DNA of 64,000 nt from IMG/VR virus record IMGVR_UViG_3300042883_000765. The stretch is one strand, 5' to 3'. The position numbers and the translations under genes are program-made. The stretch's first letter is position 1. Each line of letters opens with the position of its first letter. Of this stretch, positions 17,934 through 27,454 are shown piece after piece. The DNA comes from an uncultured virus (IMG/VR IMGVR_UViG_3300042883_000765) (lineage: Duplodnaviria > Heunggongvirae > Uroviricota > Caudoviricetes). Below the pieces are notes generated by a model. That model was not told the DNA's origin. It made no database searches and worked only from the letters and a program-made list of their open reading frames with translations.

Positions 17934-19171
17934 TGGCTATTACTTTTCCAGCATCACCAACTAACGGTCAGGTCTTTACCTCAGGCAGTAAGTCATGGCA
18001 GTGGGATGGCACAACATGGATTTCTTATGCTGCCAACATTTCGCCATCTGTGTTAAAAGTTGACGCTACTAACGCTAGGGTTGGTATCAACAATCAGTCT
18101 CCTGCGTATGCGTTGGATGTTAACGGTACTATTGAGGGCACGCAGTTTTTGCAGGATACGGATTACTTGAGTCCGTATCAGGGTTTCCGTAACAAGATAA
18201 TTAACGGTGACTTTGGTATTAACCAAAGAGTTTTTACTAGCAGTACAACATCGGGTACATATGGATTTGATAGATGGCTTTTTTTTGCTGGTGGCGGTAC
18301 TGTTACATATTCAACGCAATCTTTCACTGTTGGTTCTCCTGCTGCAACTGGATATGAAGCAGTAAAGTTTGCTCGTCTAGTATCTGCGAGCCAATCCGCT
18401 TCAGGAGATTTTGCTGTTCTTCAACAACGGATTGAAGATGTACGCACTTTTGCTAACAGTACAGTTACTGTTTCTTTTTTTGCTAAAGCCGCTAGTGGCA
18501 CACCTAAAGTAACTGTTGAATTGTCTCAAATTTTTGGTACGGGTGGTTCTCCATCGGCAGATGTTAATAATTATGTTGATCAAGTAACTTTGTCTACATC
18601 GTGGGCAAGATATTCGGTGACAATAAATGTTCCTAATATTAATGGTAAAACAATGGGGACTAATTCAGACTCAGCATTAAATGTAAACTTGTGGACTTCT
18701 GCTGGTTCTTCATTTAATGCGCGATTAAACACTCTTGGTATTCAAAATAATACTTTTGATATTTGGGGTGTTCAGGTTGAGCGTGGCAGTGTTGCTACAC
18801 CGTTTGAACAGCGACCTATCGGCACAGAACTAGCGTTATGTCAACGGTATTATTATTCTTTGGTGCGTGGTGCAACAAACTTGCCAATAGGCATGGCGTT
18901 TTATTCTTTTTCTACACTTGTCGCTACAGTTGTTCCTTTCCCTGTAACGATGAGAATTGCACCCGCACTTGTTGCTTCATCAGGAACAGATTATTATGCT
19001 TCTGTTTATGGATTGACCACAGACACATTTAACTCATTCACATTGCAGTATTCATCCACTAACTCGGCTTATTTTTACAACAGCACTGAAACCTCTGGAA
19101 CCGCTTTGCAAGGTTCAGTTTTGATAACCAACAACGCATCGGCATCTGTCGCTTTTAACTCGGAGTTGTGA
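17933..19171 (+). CDS. Tail fibre with carbohydrate-binding-like domain
   Basis: RNKIINGDFGINQR..DRW..GVQVERGSVATPFEQRPIGTELALCQRYY. Confidence 0.8.
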   Translation: MAITFPASPTNGQVFTSGSKSWQWDGTTWISYAANISPSVLKVDATNARVGINNQSPAYALDVNGTIEGTQFLQDTDYLSPYQGFRNKIINGDFGINQRVFTSSTTSGTYGFDRWLFFAGGGTVTYSTQSFTVGSPAATGYEAVKFARLVSASQSASGDFAVLQQRIEDVRTFANSTVTVSFFAKAASGTPKVTVELSQIFGTGGSPSADVNNYVDQVTLSTSWARYSVTINVPNINGKTMGTNSDSALNVNLWTSAGSSFNARLNTLGIQNNTFDIWGVQVERGSVATPFEQRPIGTELALCQRYYYSLVRGATNLPIGMAFYSFSTLVATVVPFPVTMRIAPALVASSGTDYYASVYGLTTDTFNSFTLQYSSTNSAYFYNSTETSGTALQGSVLITNNASASVAFNSEL

Positions 19172-19332
19172 TGTATAACATTCAAACAACAAACAATGCA
19201 ACTGTGATATGGTACGAAGAAAACGGATTTAGAATCTCGTTCACATCTGAACATAATGAACACCCTGAATATGAAAAGTATCTTGCTTGGCTCGCTGAAG
19301 GTAACACCCCCGAAGAATGGACGGCTGAATAA
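19171..19332 (+). CDS. Small fibre-assembly chaperone-like protein (53 aa; not in ORF track)
   Basis: ..EYEKYLAWLAEGNTPEEW; overlaps both neighbours. Confidence 0.65.
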   Translation: MYNIQTTNNATVIWYEENGFRISFTSEHNEHPEYEKYLAWLAEGNTPEEWTAE

Positions 19333-19877
19333 TGGCTCGTAACGCACTCATACAAGTACGGCGTGATACCGCCGCTAACTGGACATCTACAAACCCAACT
19401 CTTGCTTCAGGTGAGATGGGATTTGAGACAGACACAGGAAAACTTAAAATTGGTACTGGTTCTACGGCATGGACATCTTTGCTGTATGCTACGGACGCTT
19501 CTGAAATTACTGGAACTGTTATTAATGGGACAACCACAACTGGTGCGAGTGGTGTCGGTTACATGGGTCTGCCTCAAAACGCTACGACCACAGGTTCTTA
19601 TACGATAGTTGCGGCTGATGCTGGGAAACACATTTATTCCACTGCGACTCGCACAATAACCATTCCCTCTAATGCAAGCGTTGCCATGCCTATTGGTACA
19701 ACTATTACTTTTGCTAACGCTACAGGCGCAACCGCAACTATTGCAATCACATCTGACACTTTACTTTTGGTTAGTAGTGGGTCAACTGGTTCTAGAACTC
19801 TTGCCCCATTTGGTATGGCAACTGCTGTTAAAGTTACTGCAACAACATGGATGATTAGCGGAAACGGCTTGACCTGA
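19332..19877 (+). CDS. Fibre protein with Mtd N-terminal-like domain
   Basis: IQVRRDTAANWTSTNPTLASGEMGFETDTGKLKIG. Confidence 0.8.
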   Translation: MARNALIQVRRDTAANWTSTNPTLASGEMGFETDTGKLKIGTGSTAWTSLLYATDASEITGTVINGTTTTGASGVGYMGLPQNATTTGSYTIVAADAGKHIYSTATRTITIPSNASVAMPIGTTITFANATGATATIAITSDTLLLVSSGSTGSRTLAPFGMATAVKVTATTWMISGNGLT

Positions 19878-20680
19878 TGGCTGGTGCAGTTTCTGGTTTA
19901 ATTGGGAGCAGTAGAAGTAGTTTGTATACTACTGGAGGAACTGCCTACACTCAAGGCAACTATAATGGCGTGTATTTTTTGTCAAGTGGAACATTTACTA
20001 TTATCAATGGTGTTAGAGACATTGAAGTTCTTGTAGTTGCTGGCGGAGGAGGAGGCGGAGGAGGTGCCCATAATTTTACTTATGGATATAACTCTGCTGG
20101 CGGTGGTGGAGCCGGAGCACTAGCAAATAATACAACCATCGTAAATGCCCCACTTGGTAACTACACCATAACTGTTGGTGGTGGTGGAGCAGGTGGTGCT
20201 AGGGCAGTTAATGGTGGTTTTGGTACATTCATACAGGGTAACCAAGGTGGTACTGGTAACACCTCTTCCATACTGACACCAGCAGCAGTTACTATTTCAA
20301 GAACTGGCCCTGCTGGTGGTGGTGGTGGTTTTGTTTACTATCCATATGGCTTCTCTGGTGGTACTGGCAGTGGGAATGGTACATATTCAGGGACAAATGG
20401 GTATAACGGAAGTGCTGCTAATGGTGGTGGAGGTGGCGCAGGTGCTGGCTCTAACGCATCAGCACTAGTAACTTACTATGTAGGCGCACTTGGTGGAAAT
20501 ACAACAACAGTTATGAATACATTTGGAAAAGGTGGAGATGGCGGTAACTGGAACAGTAGGAACGCCACTTCAGGTTATCAAGGTTCAGGTGGCGCAGGCG
20601 GTTCAGGAGCAAACGACGCAAGTTTTGGCCCTGGCTCTGTAGGTACAGGCGGAATAGTTTATTTAAGGTGGCTGAAATGA
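19877..20680 (+). CDS. Glycine-rich receptor-binding/adhesin-like protein
   Basis: VLVVAGGGGGG..YTITVGGGG..GGIVYLRW. Confidence 0.75.
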   Translation: MAGAVSGLIGSSRSSLYTTGGTAYTQGNYNGVYFLSSGTFTIINGVRDIEVLVVAGGGGGGGGAHNFTYGYNSAGGGGAGALANNTTIVNAPLGNYTITVGGGGAGGARAVNGGFGTFIQGNQGGTGNTSSILTPAAVTISRTGPAGGGGGFVYYPYGFSGGTGSGNGTYSGTNGYNGSAANGGGGGAGAGSNASALVTYYVGALGGNTTTVMNTFGKGGDGGNWNSRNATSGYQGSGGAGGSGANDASFGPGSVGTGGIVYLRWLK

Positions 20681-21090
20681 GTCACTTTGCACAAATAGAC
20701 GATAACAATATTGTTATCAATGTGCTTGTCGGGGATAACAATATGCCTAATGAGGGTTATGATTGGTTTGTTGACAATCTTGGTGGAAGATGGATTCAAA
20801 CATCAGTTAATACTATTGGTGGTATTCATAAGAATGGCAAAGAACCAGTACGGAAAAACTATGCTGGAATTGGTTACACTTACGACGAAGCACTAGATGC
20901 TTTTATCCCACCTAAGCCAACAGAATTTCCCTCATTTGTCGTTGACCCCGAAACAGGATTATGGACTTACCCTATTCCACGACCAGAAGGTGATGAACCT
21001 TGGGGATGGAACGAAGAAACTCAAGAATGGGTTATTATAGATATTCCAGTACTAGAAAATGAAGCGTTACCCCCAACAACAGGAGAATAA
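20677..21090 (+). CDS. Conserved fibre-associated protein
   Basis: MSHFAQID..WIQTS..RKNYAGIGYTYD..DAFIPPKP. Confidence 0.75.
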   Translation: MSHFAQIDDNNIVINVLVGDNNMPNEGYDWFVDNLGGRWIQTSVNTIGGIHKNGKEPVRKNYAGIGYTYDEALDAFIPPKPTEFPSFVVDPETGLWTYPIPRPEGDEPWGWNEETQEWVIIDIPVLENEALPPTTGE

Positions 21091-21092
21091 TA

Positions 21093-21233
21093 ATGTCCAA
21101 TGTACAACTAGATGTCAACAAGATTGTTGAATCACTGGTAAACCAGATTTCACAGCAGGCCCAGCGTATCGCTGTCCTAGAGGCTACGATTGATGCTATA
21201 CAGAAAGCCAATAACGAGGAAGTTACTGAGTAA
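21093..21233 (+). CDS. Small coiled-coil protein (46 aa; not in ORF track)
   Basis: AGGAG SD; MSNVQLDVNKIVESLVNQISQQAQRIAVLEATID... Confidence 0.65.
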   Translation: MSNVQLDVNKIVESLVNQISQQAQRIAVLEATIDAIQKANNEEVTE

Positions 21234-21235
21234 CT

Positions 21236-21496
21236 ATGTTTAACCCAGGTGGCAAGATTTATAGGGCGCTCGTTAAGTCGTCCGACAGCACCACGGGTGA
21301 AATCTATGTGTCTTTGCCCCATGTTATGGGTGAAAATAGTTATCTACCCCTGTCCTATGTGGATAGGGAGGCAATTGGTGGTGTCTGGTCCGTACCTACT
21401 CCGGGTGATATGATCATTGTTGCAAGCGACGACGACCAGTTTTCTAATGTATTCTGGTTAAAGACAACTACTGGAACCGACGGCGGTTCAGCCTAA
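21236..21496 (+). CDS. Baseplate spike OB-fold-like protein (gp5-N/gpV-like)
   Basis: IYRALV..GEIYVSLPHVMG..VPTPGDMIIV..VFW resembles the spike N-domain pattern. Confidence 0.55.
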   Translation: MFNPGGKIYRALVKSSDSTTGEIYVSLPHVMGENSYLPLSYVDREAIGGVWSVPTPGDMIIVASDDDQFSNVFWLKTTTGTDGGSA

Positions 21497-21507
21497 AGGA
21501 GACATCT

Positions 21508-22305
21508 ATGAATTACCCCTGCATCAAACTGGTAGTGCCTACCGCACTTAAGCAGTTTAAGAACGGTCAGTTAGCACCAAGCGTTTTGGCTTCCGTTAAG
21601 ACTGGCGGAAAGATGTACGCACCAGTCGCAGAGCAATTCAATAAGTTGTACGACGCCGCTCTCGCCGCTGGCTTTAAATTGAAAAATGTGGGCGACTACC
21701 GCTCATTTGAAGGTCAGTTGAATATGTTCATGGATCGCTATGTCACGACAGACACTGGTACTGGCGTTACTCGCAAGTATGACGGTAAGACTTGGTACCT
21801 CAAGAAGGGCAAAGCCCCTTCAGCCGCTCCAGACCCAACAGGGCTAAAAGGTTCTAACCACGGTTGGGGGCTAGCAATTGACCTTGGTTATGATGTCAAC
21901 GGCAAACTTACCTCAATGGGTGGCAAGTGTTTTGAGTGGATGTGCACTAATGCACCCTCATACGGTTTCTACTTGCAGGGTTCAGACCCAAAGTCAAAAG
22001 AGTTTGAGGCATGGCACTGGCAGTACTGCCTCGGTGATGCCACCCCTAATGGCGCACCCGCTCCCGTAGCACCAGCCGCCGCTCCTGCAGGCGCACCCGC
22101 ACTTACTTTTACTTACCCAGGAACACCCGTTAAGCAGGGTTCAAAGGGTGACTCCGTCAAGTTGGTTCAGGCAATCGTTGGCGCAAAGCCCGATGGTGAC
22201 TTTGGTGCCAAGACCCATGAACTTGTCCGTAACTGGCAGAAGGCTAAGGGTCTTACTTATGATGGCGTTGTTGGTCCGACGACATGGAAAGCCATGTTCG
22301 GCTGA
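21508..22305 (+). CDS. Endolysin: M15 (VanY-like) peptidase plus peptidoglycan-binding domain
   Basis: YRS..Q, SNHGWGLAID, EAWH; GSKGDSVKLVQ..DGDFG..WQ..GL..DGVVGPTTW. Confidence 0.9.
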   Translation: MNYPCIKLVVPTALKQFKNGQLAPSVLASVKTGGKMYAPVAEQFNKLYDAALAAGFKLKNVGDYRSFEGQLNMFMDRYVTTDTGTGVTRKYDGKTWYLKKGKAPSAAPDPTGLKGSNHGWGLAIDLGYDVNGKLTSMGGKCFEWMCTNAPSYGFYLQGSDPKSKEFEAWHWQYCLGDATPNGAPAPVAPAAAPAGAPALTFTYPGTPVKQGSKGDSVKLVQAIVGAKPDGDFGAKTHELVRNWQKAKGLTYDGVVGPTTWKAMFG

Positions 22306-22311
22306 TAAACA

Positions 22312-22884
22312 GTGGCGACTAAAAAACGAGGATTAGGTCCAGGCGCTCAAAGCGTCTGGGACAGGTTAGAAGAAGGAAAACGGGACGGCGGTTCCACTGG
22401 TCGTGTAGATCCATCTACGGGCGCCCGTCTGCCACCCACAAACCTCTACGCAGGTATGAATGAACTCATACCTAGCGGTGATGACTTTGGTGTCTACTGG
22501 GTACAACCAGTAGATCAGTACTACATGGGTCCGACCAAGAGTTCTTGCGTCGTGGCCCATGTGTTCGTACCTGTCGCCACTAAGGATGAAATAACTGAAG
22601 ACATGGGCATTGGGGACAGCGTTGATGAGGGGTTAAGTATCCTTTCTAAGCAGTTCTCTAGGATTAAAAAAACTGACCGCTCTAAGGGCGGATCGTCATA
22701 TAACATCCTTGGCTATGTGTATGTGATGTTTCGTAACCGCGCTGGAGTCACCAGTGGCGTTTACAAATATGGACCCATGCCGTTAGACATCTACCGCAAT
22801 TATCGTGAGTACAGTTCTAAGGGTAAGGGTATTAGGCAGATTCTTGAACCATTTGGATACACTAAGAGCAATTGGCCCGTTTAA
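22312..22884 (+). CDS. KTSC-like domain protein
   Basis: VYVMFRN..VYKYGPMPLDIY...SSKGKGI. Confidence 0.5.
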   Translation: MATKKRGLGPGAQSVWDRLEEGKRDGGSTGRVDPSTGARLPPTNLYAGMNELIPSGDDFGVYWVQPVDQYYMGPTKSSCVVAHVFVPVATKDEITEDMGIGDSVDEGLSILSKQFSRIKKTDRSKGGSSYNILGYVYVMFRNRAGVTSGVYKYGPMPLDIYRNYREYSSKGKGIRQILEPFGYTKSNWPV

Positions 22885-22899
22885 CAACAAGGAATTACA

Positions 22900-23307
22900 A
22901 TGAGAGCATTTCTAGCCATGTCAGCATGGTTGGCGTCAATCGTTTGGGTAATAGTAAGCGTTATCCTTATGTCCCCCATGACAGGAATCGCCCTACTGAT
23001 TAGTTGTTTCATATCGTTCCTAATATTCAAGGACACCATGAATGCCGTCCAGGCGGTAGGTCCTGTGTATTGGATTTGTAGAGATGTGGTACCTGTGGGT
23101 ACACCATTTATTGCATTTGGTTTTATGCGCCAAACATCTGCGCCGTGGCGCATCGGTAAGGGCATCCAAATAAAAGTTCGGAAACATACCTTCCAAATTG
23201 GTATTTCTAAGGTAGGTTCTGACATGTCTGACGATGATGGTCTGATGACCGCTGTTCAGGGGCGCTTCCTTAAAGACAAAGCAAAAGAAATCAGGGACTG
23301 GAAATGA
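22900..23307 (+). CDS. Hypothetical membrane protein
   Basis: Hydrophobic N-terminus; AAGGA SD. Confidence 0.65.
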   Translation: MRAFLAMSAWLASIVWVIVSVILMSPMTGIALLISCFISFLIFKDTMNAVQAVGPVYWICRDVVPVGTPFIAFGFMRQTSAPWRIGKGIQIKVRKHTFQIGISKVGSDMSDDDGLMTAVQGRFLKDKAKEIRDWK

Positions 23308-23525
23308 TGCGACGCAAGCCTAAGTCTGATCTCCCAAAGATTGCCCGACTCCAAAAGATGACTAAGTCAGAATTAGCCACATGGGGAGAGCAGTGCCTTA
23401 TCTACACTTGTCAGTCATTTGATAACTGGCGCTACCGAGATGGTACTAACGATGAGGTACTCCAGGCCGCTGAAGTATTCCACGAGATATTAAAAGAAAT
23501 CGCCTCCAGAGATATCAGTAAGTAA
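23304..23525 (+). CDS. Hypothetical protein
   Basis: Coupled ORF immediately upstream of terminase. Confidence 0.65.
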   Translation: MMRRKPKSDLPKIARLQKMTKSELATWGEQCLIYTCQSFDNWRYRDGTNDEVLQAAEVFHEILKEIASRDISK

Positions 23526-23558
23526 CCCTATGTTGCTTTTTGTTTTATACTTACTCTT

Positions 23559-25133
23559 ATGAGTGAAGAATCAGATATTGAAGATACGGAATACAACGAA
23601 GATATTGGTGACTACCAAGAGGAAGAACTAGACGAAACATCTACGGAATTCGTTGACCAACTGGTCATGAAGTTAATCGTCTTTACCGAAGAGTTCACTA
23701 ATGTCACCTTGTTCCCTTATCAGGTCCCAATTGCTTATCGGATCATTGAATCAATTGTCCTTGGCGACGGTGAAGAAATAACCCTCGTTGCTACCCGCCA
23801 ATCGGGTAAGTCTGAGGTTCTTTCTAATGTCATGGCATCCATGATGGTCATTCTCCCGCGCCTGTCCAAGGTCTATCCCACATGGCTGGGTAAGTTTGAG
23901 AGGGGCTTTTGGTGCGGTGTGTTTGCCCCCGTTGAGGATCAGGCTGACACCGTGTTCGGTCGTATCGTCAGTAAGTTGACCAGCGAACACGCCATGAACT
24001 TCCTGCTTGATCCCGAGATTGACGACAAAGCAGCATCAGGTGGCGCCCGAGGTAAGGGTCGCATTATCAGCCTGAAGAAGTCAGGGTCACTCTGCCGTAT
24101 GCAGACCTGTAACCCTAAGGCAAAGATTGAATCTAAGACCTACCACTTCGTCATGATTGACGAAGCCCAAGAGGCTGACGAGTTCATGATTTCTAAGTCA
24201 ATTAAGCCAATGTTGGCGTTCAACAACGGTTCTATTGTTCTTACGGGCACGGCTACTAGGAATAAGTCTTACTTTTATAAGATGATCCAGTTTAATAAGC
24301 GCCGTGACACAAACGCCAGACGGGGCCACAGACAGGCACACTTTGAGTACGACTGGCGAGTTGCCGCTAAATACAACGATAACTACGGCAAGTTCATTGC
24401 TAAGGAAAAGACCCGTATTGGTGAAGATTCTGACGAGTTCCAAATGTCCTACTGCAACAAGTGGATTTTGGAAAAGGGTATGTTTGTTACCGAGGAGCGC
24501 CTAGAGCGCCTGTACGACCCATCTATGGCTATTGTGAAAAAGTGGTGGCGTAGCCCCATTGTCATGGGTATAGATGTGGCGCGAACCAATGACTCCACCG
24601 TGGCTACCGCAGTATGGGTTGATTGGGACCACCCTGATGGGTTTGGTTTCTTTGAGCACCGCGTCCTTGACTGGTTAGAAATTAACAATGTTGAGTGGGA
24701 ACAGCAGTACTTTGAGATGATTGACTTCATCCGTAACTTTGATGTCTACCGCATTGGTGTGGACTCCCAAGGTGTGGGCGGCGCTGTCACCGAGCGTCTA
24801 CAACTCTTGCTCCCTGAGATTGAGGTGTTGGCTGTTTCGTCTGATGCCAAGACTCAGAACGAGCGATGGGTCCATCTAACCGAGTTAATGCAACGGGAAC
24901 AGTTGATTATTCCTGGACACTCCAAGGCTCGGCGCACCCGATCATGGAAGAAGTTCAACCAACAGATGTGTGACCTTGAAAAGATTTACCGCGGTCCGTA
25001 CCTATTAGCAGCCGCCCCTGATGAGAAGGGTGCGTTTGACGACTACCCCGATTCACTAGCAATTGCTTGCAGTATGACAGCACTAGAGGTAATGCCAATG
25101 GTAGAGTCATTTAACTCTCCCTTTTACAGGTAA
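23559..25133 (+). CDS. terL: Terminase large subunit
   Basis: Walker A RQSGKS, Walker B VMIDEAQ, nuclease motifs GIDVA and DDYPDS. Confidence 0.95.
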   Translation: MSEESDIEDTEYNEDIGDYQEEELDETSTEFVDQLVMKLIVFTEEFTNVTLFPYQVPIAYRIIESIVLGDGEEITLVATRQSGKSEVLSNVMASMMVILPRLSKVYPTWLGKFERGFWCGVFAPVEDQADTVFGRIVSKLTSEHAMNFLLDPEIDDKAASGGARGKGRIISLKKSGSLCRMQTCNPKAKIESKTYHFVMIDEAQEADEFMISKSIKPMLAFNNGSIVLTGTATRNKSYFYKMIQFNKRRDTNARRGHRQAHFEYDWRVAAKYNDNYGKFIAKEKTRIGEDSDEFQMSYCNKWILEKGMFVTEERLERLYDPSMAIVKKWWRSPIVMGIDVARTNDSTVATAVWVDWDHPDGFGFFEHRVLDWLEINNVEWEQQYFEMIDFIRNFDVYRIGVDSQGVGGAVTERLQLLLPEIEVLAVSSDAKTQNERWVHLTELMQREQLIIPGHSKARRTRSWKKFNQQMCDLEKIYRGPYLLAAAPDEKGAFDDYPDSLAIACSMTALEVMPMVESFNSPFYR

Positions 25134-25182
25134 ACTATGCTACGATAAGTGGAGATAAACCCCTACTAGGAGGAATCCATAG

Positions 25183-25584
25183 ATGGCAGTTGCACCTGTT
25201 CCCATGTTTCCAGAAAAAGGCACCCCAGTGTTTGAGCGTTCGTACGCCCCAAGCATCCCGGGTAACCGTGGCCCGCTCCGCTTTGAAGAAGGCGTAGCCA
25301 CCGATACCGATGTCCCTTATGACTTCGGCGTTGGTGCTTACGAGGACACCGCTCCGTCGCCCATGCGACAGAACCATAACAACCCTGAGATGTTCTACAA
25401 GTACGCTGAGGAAACAATGCGCGAGCGCGCCCATGTTGGGTCTGCTTCGTGGATTGAGGCCCCGACCGTGCTCGGTGAGTTCGTACAGGGTTCAATGGCT
25501 GGAGATCACATCCCGCAATTTGAATACTCGTACAACACGGGTGGTCACATGAACCGCCCGAACCCAACAGTCGTTTACGACTGA
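25183..25584 (+). CDS. Conserved virion-associated hypothetical protein
   Basis: GPLRFEEGVATDTDVP motif recalled from actinobacterial phages; AGGAGG SD. Confidence 0.7.
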   Translation: MAVAPVPMFPEKGTPVFERSYAPSIPGNRGPLRFEEGVATDTDVPYDFGVGAYEDTAPSPMRQNHNNPEMFYKYAEETMRERAHVGSASWIEAPTVLGEFVQGSMAGDHIPQFEYSYNTGGHMNRPNPTVVYD

Positions 25585-25586
25585 TC

Positions 25587-26060
25587 ATGGGCACTGCCGA
25601 GGGTTTCTCGGTAACTGGCCCAGTACCGAGTAGCACGATTGGGTCATCTCCGGAATTGTCTACTTATGAGGCAGTTGCGGGGATGTTTCGTCGCGTCCAA
25701 AAAAGTAATGAACTAGTTACGGCGCGCGCTGAGAACTTTGGTGTTGCCACCAAGGTCTCTAACCCGTTTGTGCCTAGCCCCTTGGGTGGTAAGCGGTCAT
25801 TAAATATGCCCCGTTATGCATCAGGTATTGGTGAATTCATTATTGACCCAATGCAAAACTTCAAGTCTGAAAAGTTAGACCTAGAGGGCCGTAAGTACGG
25901 TAAATCTATGATCACTAATCCAGGTCAGAAGTTTGATTCTAATAAAATGCGCCGTAAGGGCGTGACTTCCTACAACCGCTATAAGTCTAATAAGCCTTCT
26001 TATATTGCTGGTCAGTTTGGTCATGCTTTGTATACCCCAGGAAAGTTTAAGGTTCTGTGA
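25587..26060 (+). CDS. Hypothetical protein
   Basis: 157-aa ORF within the operon. Confidence 0.65.
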   Translation: MGTAEGFSVTGPVPSSTIGSSPELSTYEAVAGMFRRVQKSNELVTARAENFGVATKVSNPFVPSPLGGKRSLNMPRYASGIGEFIIDPMQNFKSEKLDLEGRKYGKSMITNPGQKFDSNKMRRKGVTSYNRYKSNKPSYIAGQFGHALYTPGKFKVL

Positions 26061-27454
26061 TGGCTAAGAAAAAAGAAACATCAGCACCAGCACCAGCAGC
26101 ACCAAAGAAGCGTCTGGCAACGCCAAAGCGTGATACTACCAATACAGAAAGTTTAGTTGATCCAGGGTATATTGTCCCAAAAAAAGCCGTATCATATAGA
26201 GATTTTCCTGTTGAAGACAGAGAACATATTGATCGTTCAATGGCAGATGCTGGTATGAAGGCGTATGGTCATCCAATACTCATGGCTGATTCTGTAGCAA
26301 GTCGTGTGAACGCCATTCAAGCCGCAATTGGGCGTCTACCCGCGGGTTCATATACTCCTGAAGGTTATGATTGGTACACAGATCACCAATCTGGCTATCG
26401 TGATGTTGCTAACAGAACTGGCACACGCATTGGTAGCATCGTTGATGCCGCTGGTGTACTAAGTGTCAAGAATACACCAAAACAAGAAAGAATAGCCACT
26501 GAATCGGCGGGCCGTATTGCTGGAAACCCAGATCGTATGGTAGAAATTACACCTGGGATGGTTCCCCACATGGGTAATCCCGACATTGCCGCAGGGGAAC
26601 AACGCATTGGTGATTTATCAGATGAAGGTGTTGCTCACCTTGGTTATGCTGAGAGTCAAGCGATTAGAGACAAGCACGGTATACCGCAAAATAATCCTGT
26701 ACCTCTTGATGAAAGACACCTTTCAAGAGAAGTTACTGGAGTAACTTTAAATTCAGCGGGCCGTAAGATTGCAACTAAGGCTGTTGCTGTTGTTCGCGGA
26801 AAAACATTTGATGAAGTAAATCAAGTAGGAGCAGTCCCTAAGACTCGTAATTTCTCACGAGCAATCCAACTCGCTAGTCCAGAAGAAAATGCTTTTAATA
26901 ATGAAATATTCCGAAGAAGGGCACAAGCACCCACATTTGTAGAAGGCAATGGAAAAGGTAGAACAAGAACATTTCATCAGAGTCATTTATGGTCCGCGGC
27001 TGAAGAAACTGGATTTGATCCATCAAAGTCTGACGAGGCAGTTGAAGATTACGCAATGAATCACCTAAGTGCTAAAGAAGCCGCCCGACAGGGTACTACA
27101 GGGGCAACCTCAAGAGAAGCACAAAATATTGTACAGCCTGCAAAAGGTACAAAGACCTTTGATCCGTCAGTTAAAACTGAAGAGATTAGGCATGCCTACA
27201 ATGAAGAAGCCACCCGCCAATCCGCCGAGCATTTTAGTTTTGATGATGAGCATATTACTCCCCGAGCCGCCCAAGCCATTGCATGGGTGGAAGAGCGGCG
27301 ACATGTACTTGGCGAAGATGAAGAGTACAACGCAGCCCAAAAACAACTTGCTAAGGACGCCAAAAAAGCAGCCAAAGAAGCAAGTAAGTCACCAGTAGCA
27401 GAAGTCAAAGCACCACCTACTCCTGAAGAAAGAGGACAACTTACATTGTTCTAA
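26060..27454 (+). CDS. Protein with an HhH-glycosylase-like phage domain
   Basis: DWY..AAGVLS..KTRNF..I..VEDYA..Y..TPRAAQAIAWV motif order; ends GQLTLF. Confidence 0.5.
   Translation: MAKKKETSAPAPAAPKKRLATPKRDTTNTESLVDPGYIVPKKAVSYRDFPVEDREHIDRSMADAGMKAYGHPILMADSVASRVNAIQAAIGRLPAGSYTPEGYDWYTDHQSGYRDVANRTGTRIGSIVDAAGVLSVKNTPKQERIATESAGRIAGNPDRMVEITPGMVPHMGNPDIAAGEQRIGDLSDEGVAHLGYAESQAIRDKHGIPQNNPVPLDERHLSREVTGVTLNSAGRKIATKAVAVVRGKTFDEVNQVGAVPKTRNFSRAIQLASPEENAFNNEIFRRRAQAPTFVEGNGKGRTRTFHQSHLWSAAEETGFDPSKSDEAVEDYAMNHLSAKEAARQGTTGATSREAQNIVQPAKGTKTFDPSVKTEEIRHAYNEEATRQSAEHFSFDDEHITPRAAQAIAWVEERRHVLGEDEEYNAAQKQLAKDAKKAAKEASKSPVAEVKAPPTPEERGQLTLF

Noticed and set aside
19332..19877. Diversity-generating retroelement suggested by the Mtd-N-like domain
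   Set aside because: No reverse transcriptase and no TR/VR pair seen in the window
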